Part shown: piece after piece, positions 21,503 to 31,504 of the stretch | How the letters are laid out: the number at the start of each line of letters is the position of its first letter | Numbering within the stretch: position 1 is the stretch's first letter | DNA from: Candidatus Moranbacteria bacterium GW2011_GWE2_35_2- | Lineage (GTDB): Bacteria > Patescibacteriota > Minisyncoccia > Moranbacterales > UBA9337 | Length of the DNA stretch: 64,000 nt | Reading direction: 5' to 3' | NCBI GenBank assembly: GCA_000990585.1 | Contig: LBQD01000002.1 | Location: forward strand, 120,016 to 184,015 | The notes under the pieces: model-generated | Databases searched by the model: none | What the model saw: only the letters and a program-made list of their open reading frames with translations | Told to the model about the DNA's origin: nothing | Made by a program: the position numbers and the translations under genes

Positions 21503-22966
21503 ATGATTAAGGAATTACATAATAAACTTGTCAATAAAAAAATAACCGCAGTTGAATTGGCGGAGAGTTATTTTGCGCGTATTAAAGAAAAAGATGGAGA
21601 AATTGGTGCTTATTTGACTTTGACCGAAGATTTAGCGTTGGAGCAAGCAAGGAAAGTTGATGAGAAAATATTCCGAGGAGAAAAAATTGGGATTATGGAA
21701 GGAATACCAATAGCAATTAAAGATAATCTTTGTATAATGGGAGTGCGGACAACTGCCGGATCGAAAATTTTGGATAATTATATCGCTCCCTATGACGCAA
21801 CTGTAATAAAAAAACTCAAAGAAGCTGGAGCGGTGATTTTGGGTAAAACTAATATGGATGAGTTTGCGATGGGATCTTCAACGGAAACCAGTATTTATCA
21901 AAAAACCAGAAATCCGCTTGATTTGGAAAGAGTACCGGGGGGATCTTCCGGAGGATCTGCTGCTTCGATAGCAAGTGAGGAAGCTGTTTGCGCTCTGGGA
22001 ACGGATACTGGAGGTTCAATTCGACAGCCGGCGTCATTTTGTGGAGTAGTTGGACTTAAACCCACTTATGGACGTGTTTCGCGTTATGGCGCGATCGCAA
22101 TGGCTTCCAGTCTTGATCAAATCGGACCATTTGGAATGACCGTGGAGGACACAGCTATTGTTCTTTCAGTGATTTCCGGGCAGGATAAAATGGATGCCAC
22201 TTGTGCCCAGAGTCCGACAAAAGATTATACAAATTATCTTACTGGCGATATTAAGGGAATTAAAATTGGAATTGTGAAGGAATATTTTGAAGGATTAAAT
22301 GGAAATATTAAAAAAATAGTAGATGATACTATTGAAAAATACAAAAAATTAGGAGCGGAAATAAAAGAGATTTCTTTGCCACATAGTCAATATTCTCTGG
22401 CGATATATTATATGATTATGCCTTGCGAGGTTAGTTCCAATTTGGCGAGATTTGATGGAATAAAATATGGATTACGAATCAATGATAAGCAGAGTGATAG
22501 TAATGAGAGTGGTGATTTTCCACAAACTCTCCTGGAAACTTATCTAGACAGTCGAAAATACGGCTTTGGAGATGAAGTAAAAAGAAGAATAATGCTTGGA
22601 ACGTACGCTCTTAGCGCCGGATATTACGATGCATATTATAAAAAAGCGCAAAAAGTGCGCGCGCTTATAAAACAAGATTTTGAAAAAGTTTTTGAGGAGA
22701 TTGATTTTATATTTTCTCCGACTGCGCCGGAAATGGCATTTAAATTCGGGGAAAAAACCGATGATCCGATGAAAATGTATTTGTCGGATATATATACCAT
22801 TACTGCTAATTTAGTTGGTATTCCGGCGATTTCTTTTCCAATTGGTATGATTTCTGAAAAAGGAGATTCTTCCAAAAAACTTCCGATTGGCGGACAACTT
22901 ATGGGAAAATGGTTCGATGAAGAAGGCTTATTGAATGCCGCTTATACTTTTGAGATTAATAAATAA
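21503..22966 (+). CDS. gatA: Asp/Glu-tRNA amidotransferase subunit A (amidase)
   Basis: Amidase signature GGSSGGSAA and Ser-cisSer-Lys triad context. Confidence 0.9.
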   Translation: MIKELHNKLVNKKITAVELAESYFARIKEKDGEIGAYLTLTEDLALEQARKVDEKIFRGEKIGIMEGIPIAIKDNLCIMGVRTTAGSKILDNYIAPYDATVIKKLKEAGAVILGKTNMDEFAMGSSTETSIYQKTRNPLDLERVPGGSSGGSAASIASEEAVCALGTDTGGSIRQPASFCGVVGLKPTYGRVSRYGAIAMASSLDQIGPFGMTVEDTAIVLSVISGQDKMDATCAQSPTKDYTNYLTGDIKGIKIGIVKEYFEGLNGNIKKIVDDTIEKYKKLGAEIKEISLPHSQYSLAIYYMIMPCEVSSNLARFDGIKYGLRINDKQSDSNESGDFPQTLLETYLDSRKYGFGDEVKRRIMLGTYALSAGYYDAYYKKAQKVRALIKQDFEKVFEEIDFIFSPTAPEMAFKFGEKTDDPMKMYLSDIYTITANLVGIPAISFPIGMISEKGDSSKKLPIGGQLMGKWFDEEGLLNAAYTFEINK

Positions 22967-22975
22967 TTCAAATAA

Positions 22976-23503
22976 ATGCTTGAAATTTTTCTATCCATCA
23001 TTGATTATATCTTTAAATTAGCGATTTCATTTTCGGATTCTGGTTTTTTTATGGTAGCGAAATTTATTTTAGCGATTTATATTTTGGTTTTGTTTGTGGA
23101 TATTGTCTTACTTTTGTTTTTTCGCGGACTTGGCAAGGATTTGCGAAAAATGCTCAGAGGAGCCGATTTACCTCCATTGGTTAAGAGCAAATTTGAATTG
23201 CAATGGAATAAAATAAGAGACAGGCTGAAAAGTAAAAATCAATCTCAATATAAAGCGGCGGTTTTAGAAGCTGATAGTATAGCAGATGAAATGCTTAAAA
23301 AAATCGGATATTTAGGGAAGGATATGTCGGAACGATTGGAAAGCGCCAATATTGGACAGATTGAAAACTTAGAGGAGTTGAAGAAGTCTCATCAGGTGCG
23401 AAATAGGATTGTATATGAAAAAGATTTTTCATTGGATTTGGACAGTGCGAAAGAAGTAATAAAATCTTATGAAGAATTCTTGAAATTTATTGACATTTTA
23501 TAA
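22976..23503 (+). CDS. hypothetical membrane protein
   Basis: ORF with an N-terminal hydrophobic region. Confidence 0.5.
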   Translation: MLEIFLSIIDYIFKLAISFSDSGFFMVAKFILAIYILVLFVDIVLLLFFRGLGKDLRKMLRGADLPPLVKSKFELQWNKIRDRLKSKNQSQYKAAVLEADSIADEMLKKIGYLGKDMSERLESANIGQIENLEELKKSHQVRNRIVYEKDFSLDLDSAKEVIKSYEEFLKFIDIL

Positions 23504-23637
23504 ATTTTCATTATACTGGGACATAGTGTTTCGAATGCGTATTTATAGTATATAATGGGGGTGGAGTCCGCCTATGGCGGAACAGCTTGTAGTTGAATTA
23601 AGATTAAGGTAAAAGTTTTTTTAAAAAAGTATGATAT

Positions 23638-23712
<75 letters not shown>

Positions 23713-23713
23713 A

Positions 23714-23797
23714 ATAAAAAGCAATGAGAGTAGTGGTTGCAGGTTCTCACCCTCACGGGTGATCATCCGTTAGGATGAAAATCCTGCCCCCGCAACA
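23714..23797 (+). repeat. partial duplicate of the tRNA-fMet 3' half (GTTGCAGGTTC...AAATCCTGCCCCCGCAACA) interrupted by a 32-nt insert of two hairpins
   Basis: 23779-23797 exactly repeats tRNA positions 23694-23712. The insert is TCACCC-tcac-GGGTGA plus TCATCC-gtta-GGATGA. Confidence 0.8.
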
Positions 23798-23890
23798 AAA
23801 GTATAAAACCATAGAGCACATAATAATATATATAGTAGCTGGCATATAATGTATTTGAGCCTTATTTTTTATTCTATGCTATGTTGTTTT

Positions 23891-23964
23891 GGCAGGGTAG
23901 CTCAGCTGGTTAGAGCACAGGACTCATAAGCCTGGGGTCGTGAGTTCGAATCTCACCTCTGCTA
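23891..23964 (+). tRNA. tRNA with CAT anticodon (elongator Met or Ile2/lysidine)
   Basis: GGCAGGGTAGCTCAGCTGGTTAGAGCA-CAGGA-CTCATAA-GCCTG...GTGAGTTCGAATCTCAC. Confidence 0.8.
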
Positions 23965-23976
23965 CAAAAAATATAT

Positions 23977-24050
23977 GGGGGCGTAGCTCAGCTGGTTAGA
24001 GCGATTGCCTGTCACGCAATAGGTCGCCGGTTCGAGTCCGGTCGTCCCCG
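23977..24050 (+). tRNA. tRNA-Asp (GTC)
   Basis: GGGGGCGTAGCTCAGCTGGTTAGAGCG-ATTGC-CTGTCAC-GCAAT...GCCGGTTCGAGTCCGG...CCCCG. Confidence 0.85.
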
Positions 24051-24054
24051 CATA

Positions 24055-24085
24055 AAAAAGAGATTTTTTTTAATCTCTTTTTTGT
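24055..24085 (+). terminator. rho-independent terminator after the tRNA cluster (AAAGAGATT-ttttt-AATCTCTTTTTTG)
   Basis: Hairpin plus T-run. Confidence 0.75.
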
Positions 24086-24248
24086 TTGAAAAACGGTATT
24101 GACCGAAAGGTGTTTTAATGCTATGATTGATTTTAGCTTGAAAATAAAGTATTTTTAGCAAGCAAAAAAGGTGTTTGTTATTTACTTTCGAGTTAAATAA
24201 AGGTCGAACATTAAAAATAGAATAATTCGCATAATTATTACGAAACAT

Positions 24249-24518
24249 ATGATGCTATTTTTTGTTGGTGTTTTGGAGATGATTATTGTCACACTGTGGA
24301 CCAAATTGGTTGTAGAAACCAGAGTTGTTGCCAGCGGGGTAATAACAATGGTTAATATTCTGATTTGGTACTATGTATTGCAAGCGATTGTTGATGATAT
24401 CAGCAATTGGAGACTAGTTCTTTTGTATGCTTTTGGGTGTGCGGCAGGAACAGTTATAAGTACATATTATTTTCACAGAGATGAAATTTCCAAGGCGAAC
24501 CTTGCTAAGCAAGAGTAA
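24249..24518 (+). CDS. small hypothetical membrane protein (89 aa)
   Basis: ORF with 2 TM helices, followed by a terminator at 24580-24612. Confidence 0.5.
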   Translation: MMLFFVGVLEMIIVTLWTKLVVETRVVASGVITMVNILIWYYVLQAIVDDISNWRLVLLYAFGCAAGTVISTYYFHRDEISKANLAKQE

Positions 24519-24629
24519 TTATTAAAAATAAAAAAATGTGTGAAGATATTCCCTTAGGAATAACTAAAAAAATATAAAAACCGCTAACTTGAAAAAGATC
24601 GCGGTTTTTATATTTTTTCTTTACGATGC

Positions 24630-24658
24630 TTGACTTTTGTCCTTATCGATGCTACAAT
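24630..24658 (+). promoter_or_regulatory. sigma70-like promoter TTGACT-17-TACAAT driving the RRM-protein gene with a ~147 nt leader
   Basis: Consensus hexamers with 17 nt spacing. Confidence 0.6.
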
Positions 24659-24811
24659 GGTATTAGTAAGGTTTCAAGGTAAATTCCGTCCCAAAGTTAA
24701 GTTAGCAATCGTTAGCGACCTGAGGGCAAGTGCGAGTTTCCGAGAAAGCGGTCGTCTTACGTTTGTTAATTTTTTTATTTTAAAGTTCGTAAGAACTTTG
24801 CAAGAAATAAA

Positions 24812-25117
24812 ATGGAAAAGAAACTATATATCGGAGGTTTGCCATATTCGACAACTGACGATGAATTAAAAGAAGCCTTTTCAGCAGCTGGAAACGTTGA
24901 ATCAGTAACTATCATTATTGATAAAATGTCCGGACGCTCAAGAGGATTCGGTTTTGTTGAAATGGCTACTCCTGAAGAAGCTCAAAAAGCTATCGAAATG
25001 TTCGATGGAAAAGACTTCGGAGGAAGAACCTTGACTGTCAATGAAGCTAGACCTTTGGAAGATCGTCCAAAGAAAAGCTTTGATAGAGACAGAAACAACT
25101 CTCGAAACAATTGGTAA
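24812..25117 (+). CDS. RNA-binding protein (single RRM domain)
   Basis: RNP2 LYIGGL and RNP1 RGFGFVEM motifs. Confidence 0.85.
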   Translation: MEKKLYIGGLPYSTTDDELKEAFSAAGNVESVTIIIDKMSGRSRGFGFVEMATPEEAQKAIEMFDGKDFGGRTLTVNEARPLEDRPKKSFDRDRNNSRNNW

Positions 25118-25350
25118 TTTTTACCAACTTTTGATAACAAAAATCCCGACATCAAGTCGGGATTTTTTGTTTGACAAAAAGGTTTTTTTACAGTAAAATG
25201 TTAGACAGTATCTTATTTATTAATTAAAAAATATCGATTTTGACCAGTAGCCAGCGGGCACACTAATGAAACTGACAATTAACAATAAGTTGTAGGTTTT
25301 ATTGGCGTGTTTTCTTGGATTTTATTGGCAGATACCGATAGAATCAAATT

Positions 25351-27471
25351 ATGGAGCAGAAAAAGTGGTCCCTCCAAATTGGAGGAAGAGAACTTGAGAT
25401 TGCAACCGGTCTTTTAGCTAAACAAGCCGGTGGTTCAGTCACAGTGCGTTACGGCGACACAATGGTTCTTGCGACAGCAACAATGAGCAAGGGTCTTTCA
25501 AAGTTTGGTGGCGGGTATTTTCCATTGATGGTGGACTTTGAAGAAAGATATTATGCAGCTGGAAAAATTAAAGGTTCAAGATTTATTAAACGTGAAGGAA
25601 GACCTTCAGATGATGCGGTCTTGACCGGACGCGTGGTGGATCGAACTATACGCCCGCTTTTTAATGCTAGAATGCGTAATGAAGTTCAAGTGATTGTAAC
25701 CGTTTTATCAATCGATGGTGAAAATGATCCAGATACAATTTCTGTGATTGCAGCCTCAGCTGCTTTGGCGATTTCTAATATTCCATGGAATGGACCGGTA
25801 GCAGCTGTGCGTGTCGGGCAAGCAACTAACGGTGAGTTTATCCTAAATCCAGTCAATGGTGAATTAACAGATAGTAAATTGGACTTGGTAATTTCTGGTA
25901 CAAAAGACAAAATTAATATGTTGGAAGCTGGCGCTAAGGAAGTTCCTGAAGAGACTATTGTCAAGGCTTTTGCTTTCGGACAAGAAGCCATCACTAAAAT
26001 TGCTAGTTTCGTGGAAGAAATTGCCAGGGAAATTGGAAAAGAAAAATCTGAGCCAATCCTTTTGCAAGGCACTCCTGAATTCGAAGCGAAAGTTAAGGAA
26101 ATTTTGATTGCGGAAGGTTTAGCCGAGGCTTTGTATGACCCAAAAAAGGAAGTTATTGAGAAAAAAATCAAGGCTATTAATGAAAAAATAGAGGAATACA
26201 TAGTCGCTAACTTTACAGAAGGTTTGGATAAGCTAAAAGAAATTGCTCAGCAAGTCTTTGAAGAAGTGTCAGACGAGATTGTGCATACTAATATATTGGA
26301 AAAAGAACAAAGACCAGATGGACGCAAGCTAAATCAACTTCGTCAAATTGATTGCCAAACTGGTATTTTGCCGAGAACTCATGGCACCGGACTTTTTACT
26401 CGTGGAGAAACTCAGGCTTTGACTGTAACCACATTAGGATCACCCGGGGATGAACAAATCATCGACACTATGGAAGTGGATATGAAGAAAAGATATATCC
26501 ATCACTACAATTTCCCTCCATATTCAGTGGGAGAAGTTCGAATGATGCGCGGACCGGGACGAAGAGAAATCGGACACGGTGCTTTGGCGGAAAAAGCTTT
26601 GATTCCAGTTTTGCCAGCTAAAGAAATTTTTCCATATACTATTTTGTTGGTTTCTGAGGTACTTGAATCCAATGGTTCTTCTTCGATGGCTTCTACTTGC
26701 GGATCAACTTTGTCGTTGATGGACGCGGGAGTGCCAATTATCAGACCAGTTTCTGGAATTGCGATGGGGATTATTGTTGGAAAAGATGGAAAATTTAAAG
26801 TTTTAACTGATATCCAAGGAATGGAAGACCATTATGGAGATATGGACTTTAAAGCCGCTGGAACAACTGAAGGTATTACTGCTTTGCAAATGGATGTGAA
26901 GGTACAAGGTGTCACTTTGGAAATGCTTGAAGCGGTTCTTGCACAATCTAAAATAAATCGTTTAGAAATTATGGAAAAAATTGTAGATACTATTCCAGCT
27001 CCAAGAGCTGAAATGAGTCAATATGCTCCAAGAATAATCATAATGAAAATAAATCCGGATAAAATTCGTAATGTTATTGGAACCGGAGGAAAAATTATTA
27101 ACGAAATTATTGATGAAACCGGAGTGGAGATTGATATTGAAGATGATGGATCAATTTTTATCACATCTCCAGATCAAGAATCTTCCAAGAAAGCGCAAGA
27201 ATGGATTGAAAATCTTACTCACGAAGTGAAAATCGGAGAAATATTTAAGGGAAGAATAACCAGAATAATGAATTTCGGAGCCTTTGCCGAGGTGCTTCCC
27301 GGACAAGAGGGATTGATTCATATTTCACAACTTTCAGATAAGCGAGTGGAAAAAGTCGAAGATGTTGTGAAAATCGGAGACATTGTTTCGGTTAAAGTGA
27401 AAGAGATTGATGATAAAGGAAGAATTAATCTTTCTATGAAAGATGCCGTGAAATCGGAAAAAAATGATTGA
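25351..27471 (+). CDS. pnp: polynucleotide phosphorylase
   Basis: Two RNase PH domains, then KH (IGTGGKIIN) and a C-terminal S1 domain. An upstream terminator and a TTGACA-17-TAAAAT promoter lie at 25141-25199. Confidence 0.9.
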   Translation: MEQKKWSLQIGGRELEIATGLLAKQAGGSVTVRYGDTMVLATATMSKGLSKFGGGYFPLMVDFEERYYAAGKIKGSRFIKREGRPSDDAVLTGRVVDRTIRPLFNARMRNEVQVIVTVLSIDGENDPDTISVIAASAALAISNIPWNGPVAAVRVGQATNGEFILNPVNGELTDSKLDLVISGTKDKINMLEAGAKEVPEETIVKAFAFGQEAITKIASFVEEIAREIGKEKSEPILLQGTPEFEAKVKEILIAEGLAEALYDPKKEVIEKKIKAINEKIEEYIVANFTEGLDKLKEIAQQVFEEVSDEIVHTNILEKEQRPDGRKLNQLRQIDCQTGILPRTHGTGLFTRGETQALTVTTLGSPGDEQIIDTMEVDMKKRYIHHYNFPPYSVGEVRMMRGPGRREIGHGALAEKALIPVLPAKEIFPYTILLVSEVLESNGSSSMASTCGSTLSLMDAGVPIIRPVSGIAMGIIVGKDGKFKVLTDIQGMEDHYGDMDFKAAGTTEGITALQMDVKVQGVTLEMLEAVLAQSKINRLEIMEKIVDTIPAPRAEMSQYAPRIIIMKINPDKIRNVIGTGGKIINEIIDETGVEIDIEDDGSIFITSPDQESSKKAQEWIENLTHEVKIGEIFKGRITRIMNFGAFAEVLPGQEGLIHISQLSDKRVEKVEDVVKIGDIVSVKVKEIDDKGRINLSMKDAVKSEKND

Positions 27472-27552
27472 ATGATTTTGCAATAAAACTCTTTTGGTGT
27501 AAAATAAAAGCAAGTCAATCTTGCTTTTATTTTTTATTTGTAAAACAAAAAT

Positions 27553-28923
27553 ATGTTTGGATATAAAGATTCTAAAAAAAATAATCAAAAACTTACTGAT
27601 CAAGAAAAAAAGACAGAAATGTTTTTTAGCGGTCAAGAAAATAATATTGATTCAGATTACAATTTTTCTGTGCATACAATGAAAGATGATCTGGTTTCTT
27701 CATTAAACGGAGGGATAACTGATGCAAAAGAGGAAGATCTTAAAAAACTAAAAATGCCGTTTCCAAATAAAGCGGATATATCCGCTCCAAAAATAAATAA
27801 TGAAAAAATGACAGTCAAAGATAGTCCATTTTTGGAAAAAAACACTTCTTTTAGGATAGATTTGTCTCAAAATGCAAAAGAAAGTGATTTAAATGAGTCT
27901 TTGGTAAAAAAAGAATTTTCAGATAAAAAAAACATTGATTTTGAGAGGAAAGAAAAGGTTGAAGCTTCCGCCTTATCGGAAAGAATGGAAAATAATTTCT
28001 CGCAAAAAAGAGATTCAAAAATGAATAATAGCAAGCAATCTTTTGTTGCGGTTAATTCTTCCGATGAGTTTTCGCATCCGATCGAAAAACATTTGAATTG
28101 GAAAAAGGTTGTTGTAATTTCAGTAATCGCAGTTATTTTTTTAGCTGTATTTGGAGGAGCTTATTATTTATATATAACGAGAAAGACAGCAGAGCCTCAG
28201 TTGTCGGTTGAAAATCCGATTATTGATAATGATGTAGTCTCAGATATTCATGAATCCGATGAATTTATGTACTCTTCGGAAAATCCGAATTATCTTAATT
28301 TAGATATGGAAACGGCTAATAATGAATCAATTTCTCAATTATTGACTGATACTTTTGAGAATATTTTAGTTGAACAAGAAAATATCGCAATTGAGTTTAT
28401 TCTTCGGGATATAAATAATAATCCAATTGCTTTTTCCCGTTTTGCTTATATATTTCCCCTTTCTTTGCCAGAGGCAGTATTGGGAGAAATGGATGAAAAT
28501 TTTTCTTTGTTTTTAATGAAAAACGGTAATAACAGAAGGATAGGGTTGGCAGTGGATGTTAAGGATTCGAACGTTGTTCCGTTTGTGTTGAAAGAAAATG
28601 AATCAACGTTGGTTTCCGCTCTTAGATTATTATTCTTAAAGAAAGAGATTGGGGATGTATCCAATGTTGAGTTTAAGGATGGCTCGTATGGCAATATCAG
28701 AGTTCGATATGCAAATGTTAATCCTGCAGACGGAGATTCAATTGATTATGCAATATGGGCAGATAAATTTTTAATTAGCACCAATAAAGATTCTCTACGG
28801 AGTGTCATTGATAAAATTGAAGCAGAAAAAAATAGTGAACAAATAGTGGAAGTGAATGATGCTGATATTTTCGATGAGAATCAGGGGGATGTGAGTGATT
28901 TAGAGACCGGTATCGTAAAATAG
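27553..28923 (+). CDS. hypothetical protein, single TM anchor
   Basis: 456 aa ORF, low complexity at the N-terminus. Confidence 0.5.
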   Translation: MFGYKDSKKNNQKLTDQEKKTEMFFSGQENNIDSDYNFSVHTMKDDLVSSLNGGITDAKEEDLKKLKMPFPNKADISAPKINNEKMTVKDSPFLEKNTSFRIDLSQNAKESDLNESLVKKEFSDKKNIDFERKEKVEASALSERMENNFSQKRDSKMNNSKQSFVAVNSSDEFSHPIEKHLNWKKVVVISVIAVIFLAVFGGAYYLYITRKTAEPQLSVENPIIDNDVVSDIHESDEFMYSSENPNYLNLDMETANNESISQLLTDTFENILVEQENIAIEFILRDINNNPIAFSRFAYIFPLSLPEAVLGEMDENFSLFLMKNGNNRRIGLAVDVKDSNVVPFVLKENESTLVSALRLLFLKKEIGDVSNVEFKDGSYGNIRVRYANVNPADGDSIDYAIWADKFLISTNKDSLRSVIDKIEAEKNSEQIVEVNDADIFDENQGDVSDLETGIVK

Positions 28924-29067
28924 CTTGAAATATAGCCTTTTTGGTTTTTTTAAGAAAGTAATTTACTTTTTCAAAAAGAAAGATTTCTGTATATTTTTTG
29001 TAAAAAGAACAAAGAATGAAAAATAGTGTATATATTACTGTTATTGCGGTATTTTTTCTCAGAGATT

Positions 29068-29096
29068 TTGACCGGATGCATTTTTTTTGCTATAAT
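29068..29096 (+). promoter_or_regulatory. sigma70-like promoter TTGACC-17-TATAAT at the head of a ~590 nt non-coding structured region
   Basis: Consensus hexamers with 17 nt spacing. Confidence 0.55.
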
Positions 29097-29102
29097 AACA
29101 GT

Positions 29103-29689
29103 GTTGGAGTTATTTATAGGAGTATTTTAACAAAATATGTGGAAACGGTGGGAGAACTTTCAATCACAACTTCCCCCTAATTGTGATTGAAACTTCTTCT
29201 ACTGTTCGAGTCTCCGGTTATTATATCGGAGCTCTCCGATTTCTGACCGGAGAACTAAAACAAAAACAAAAATTACTTGGAGCCTACTCGCAGTCCTTAT
29301 TTGAAAAAATTAGTTTTGCGAGTAGGTTTCCAAGATTTAAAACAAAAATAAAAAACAAAATATTAGTTCTTTTAAGTTTAAAGGCTATATGCCAGAGATC
29401 GGTAGAAGGAAGTGTTTGTTAAATAAAAAGTCAGAACAAACGCTGAAAATATGTATACAAAATACATGCAGCTCATAATATTTAATGCCAAATAAAATTC
29501 GGCTAGGATATTTCCGGCTTACATGTTGGTACATATAAAAAACACCGCGGCTCTCAGCCACATTATTTATATATTTGGGCTTCGAGAGCCCGGTTTCCAT
29601 ATCATATTTGAACGGATGCCGGAAGATAATTTGTTTATTGCTCGATATCTTTTCAAATGCCCCGACATTGCGTCGGGGTTTTGGTTTTT
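29103..29689 (+). ncRNA. candidate structured non-coding RNA / long leader (unclassified)
   Basis: No credible ORF. Nested hairpins: TCAATCACAA..TTGTGATTGA, TCTCCGGT..ACCGGAGA enclosing ATCGGAG-CT-CTCCGAT, and CCTACTCGCA..TGCGAGTAGG. It ends at terminator CCCCGAC-attgc-GTCGGGGTTTTGGTTTTT (29660-29689). Confidence 0.35.
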
Positions 29690-29697
29690 ATAAACAT

Positions 29698-30090
29698 ATG
29701 TTTTGGAGAAAAAATAATGATTTAGCTTTTGGCGAGGCGGGAGAAAAAGTCGCTGCCAAATATTTGAAGAAAAAAGGATACAAGATTTTAGATTTTAATT
29801 ATTGTAATTTTAAAGGCAGGCGATTAGGCGAGATTGATATTATTTCTAAGGATGGAGAATGTTTTGTTTTTGTGGAAGTTAAGACGCGAAAATTGGAGAA
29901 ATTCGATGGAAGTTTGCCCGAAGAAAGTATTAACAGGCAGAAATTACACAAATTGAATAAAATTGCTCAATTTTATTTGCGTAAAAACAAGTTGTTGGAT
30001 AAAAATTGGCGTTTTGATGCTGTTTCGGTTTGGCTTAGTGACGATATGAAAGAAGCTAAAGTAAAGCATCTAGAAAGCATTTTTTTATAG
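29698..30090 (+). CDS. yraN: YraN family (UPF0102) endonuclease-like protein
   Basis: LAFGEAGEKVAAKYLKKKGYKILDFNY...EIDII..DG...FVEVKTR motif. The internal ATG is preferred. Confidence 0.8.
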   Translation: MFWRKNNDLAFGEAGEKVAAKYLKKKGYKILDFNYCNFKGRRLGEIDIISKDGECFVFVEVKTRKLEKFDGSLPEESINRQKLHKLNKIAQFYLRKNKLLDKNWRFDAVSVWLSDDMKEAKVKHLESIFL

Positions 30091-30182
30091 TTGGGATAGT
30101 TGGAAAATAGCAGGAAATATGCTAAAATAATGGCAGGAGGTTTAAATGAAATGTGTCGTAATAAAAAATAATTATAAAAAAT

Positions 30183-30530
30183 ATGTTGGAACAAGAAATT
30201 TTAGATGAACTCAATGGGGCGCTTGTTGAAGAGAAAAAAAGATTGGAAGATGATTTGGAGCGGATTGCAAATCCTACGGAGACCCCCGGTGATTATGAAA
30301 CAAGGTTTGAAGATTTGGGAACTGACAGTGATGAGAATGCTACCGAGGTTGAAGATTATGCTGATAAGTTGGCAGTTGAAAATGATTTAGAAAAGCAACT
30401 TAAGGATGTTAATGATGCATTGGAAAGAATAGAGAAGGGTACTTATGGATTTTGTGAAAATTGCCAGCAAGAAATTGATATTGAAAGGCTGCGGGCATAT
30501 CCGGCGGCAAGAACTTGCATTAAATGCTAA
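30183..30530 (+). CDS. DksA/TraR family C4 zinc-finger protein
   Basis: Acidic coiled-coil N-terminus and a C-terminal CENCQQEI...CIKC. Confidence 0.75.
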   Translation: MLEQEILDELNGALVEEKKRLEDDLERIANPTETPGDYETRFEDLGTDSDENATEVEDYADKLAVENDLEKQLKDVNDALERIEKGTYGFCENCQQEIDIERLRAYPAARTCIKC

Positions 30531-30979
30531 TGACTGATGCGAAGATACAAATAAAAGAAAATAATCGAAGTGAAAATATAAAATTGTTTTTTCTCGGAGT
30601 CGGTTTAATTTTCGTTGATCAACTGTCAAAAAATGTTGTCCGTCTTTATGATAAAGGCGGATTTTATATTTGCAATGAAGGTATCGGATTCGGAATTAAA
30701 ATTCCGGAATTAATATTTTTTTCTTTGTGGACAGTTGCGGTTATTTTTTTGGCGCATTCCGTTTTTTTGAAAAAAAAATATATTCTGCGTCTTATATCTT
30801 GCGTTTTTATCTTATCCGGAGCTGTGTCGAATATGTTCGACCGATTTGCACATGGCTGTATAATTGATTTTATCGATCTGAAGATATGGCCGGTCTTCAA
30901 TTTGGCGGATATTTTTATAGTAATCGGTTTTGCGGGATTTATCTATTCTATTCAAAAAACAAAATCCTTTCAAAATTAA
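30524..30979 (+). CDS. lspA: lipoprotein signal peptidase II
   Basis: FNLADIFIVIG and DRF motifs with 4 TM helices. Confidence 0.85.
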   Translation: MLMTDAKIQIKENNRSENIKLFFLGVGLIFVDQLSKNVVRLYDKGGFYICNEGIGFGIKIPELIFFSLWTVAVIFLAHSVFLKKKYILRLISCVFILSGAVSNMFDRFAHGCIIDFIDLKIWPVFNLADIFIVIGFAGFIYSIQKTKSFQN

Positions 30980-31060
30980 TGGGGGGGTGTGGAGGTATAG
31001 AAAATTGTGCGAGGATTTTTTCTATATTATAAGGAAACAAATGCCCGAATATTAAAATAT

Positions 31061-31504
31061 TTATATGCTTTTGATATAATGAGTTATTTTTTCAATAAAT
31101 ACTTCGTAGTCATTTAATATTATTGTATTACCGAATACACTATTTATATTGGCAGATGTTTGTATCGGAGAATCGGGTATTTGATTTAAATAGTATTGTT
31201 TATATTTAGTTTTCGTTGTTATCTTATTATGATCGCAATTAGGAAATTTTATAATGAGCAGTAGGGTTTTAACAGGTGTATGAAAAAATCTATTGGTGTT
31301 GTCTTTGGATAGTGCGATGTATTTATCAATATTGTGCGCGGTAAGTTTTTCCCATTTTATTATTATGCCTCTATTGTTGTAATAAGGCATTTCATCTGGC
31401 AATATTAAAATTTGAAAATAATCCTTGTTATTTGTTCTGATATTTGCCGTTTCGCCTAACATATTCTCAAAATAGTTATTTGAATTTTGGGAATAGTTAT
31501 TCAT
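31061..31504 (-). CDS. hypothetical protein (147 aa), island gene A
   Basis: ORF only. A T8 homopolymer lies at 31567-31574 just upstream. Confidence 0.45.
   Translation of the reverse strand: MNNYSQNSNNYFENMLGETANIRTNNKDYFQILILPDEMPYYNNRGIIIKWEKLTAHNIDKYIALSKDNTNRFFHTPVKTLLLIIKFPNCDHNKITTKTKYKQYYLNQIPDSPIQTSANINSVFGNTIILNDYEVFIEKITHYIKSI

Noticed and set aside
23563-23637. Possible additional tRNA upstream of tRNA-fMet (GGGGGTGGAGTCCGCCTATGGCGGAACAGC...)
   Set aside because: No cloverleaf can be drawn (no D or T arm or acceptor pairing). It is instead a copy of the CCGCC-TAT-GGCGG hairpin module next to a TATAAT box.
24012-24248. 78-aa ORF on the minus strand
   Set aside because: It overlaps the tRNA-Asp 3' end and the terminator hairpin, and no RBS is visible.
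29183-29600. ORFs 29183-29422(+) and 29385-29600(-)
   Set aside because: They sit in a region dominated by perfect hairpins and have odd composition. A non-coding RNA or leader is the better interpretation, though a small protein cannot be fully excluded.
28924-29697. RNase P RNA, SRP RNA or a second tmRNA in the structured intergenic region
   Set aside because: No P4 signature (AAAGUCCGG / ACAGAACCCGG), no SRP domain-IV motif (GGAAGCAGCC) and no tRNA-like acceptor/T-arm were found by eye.
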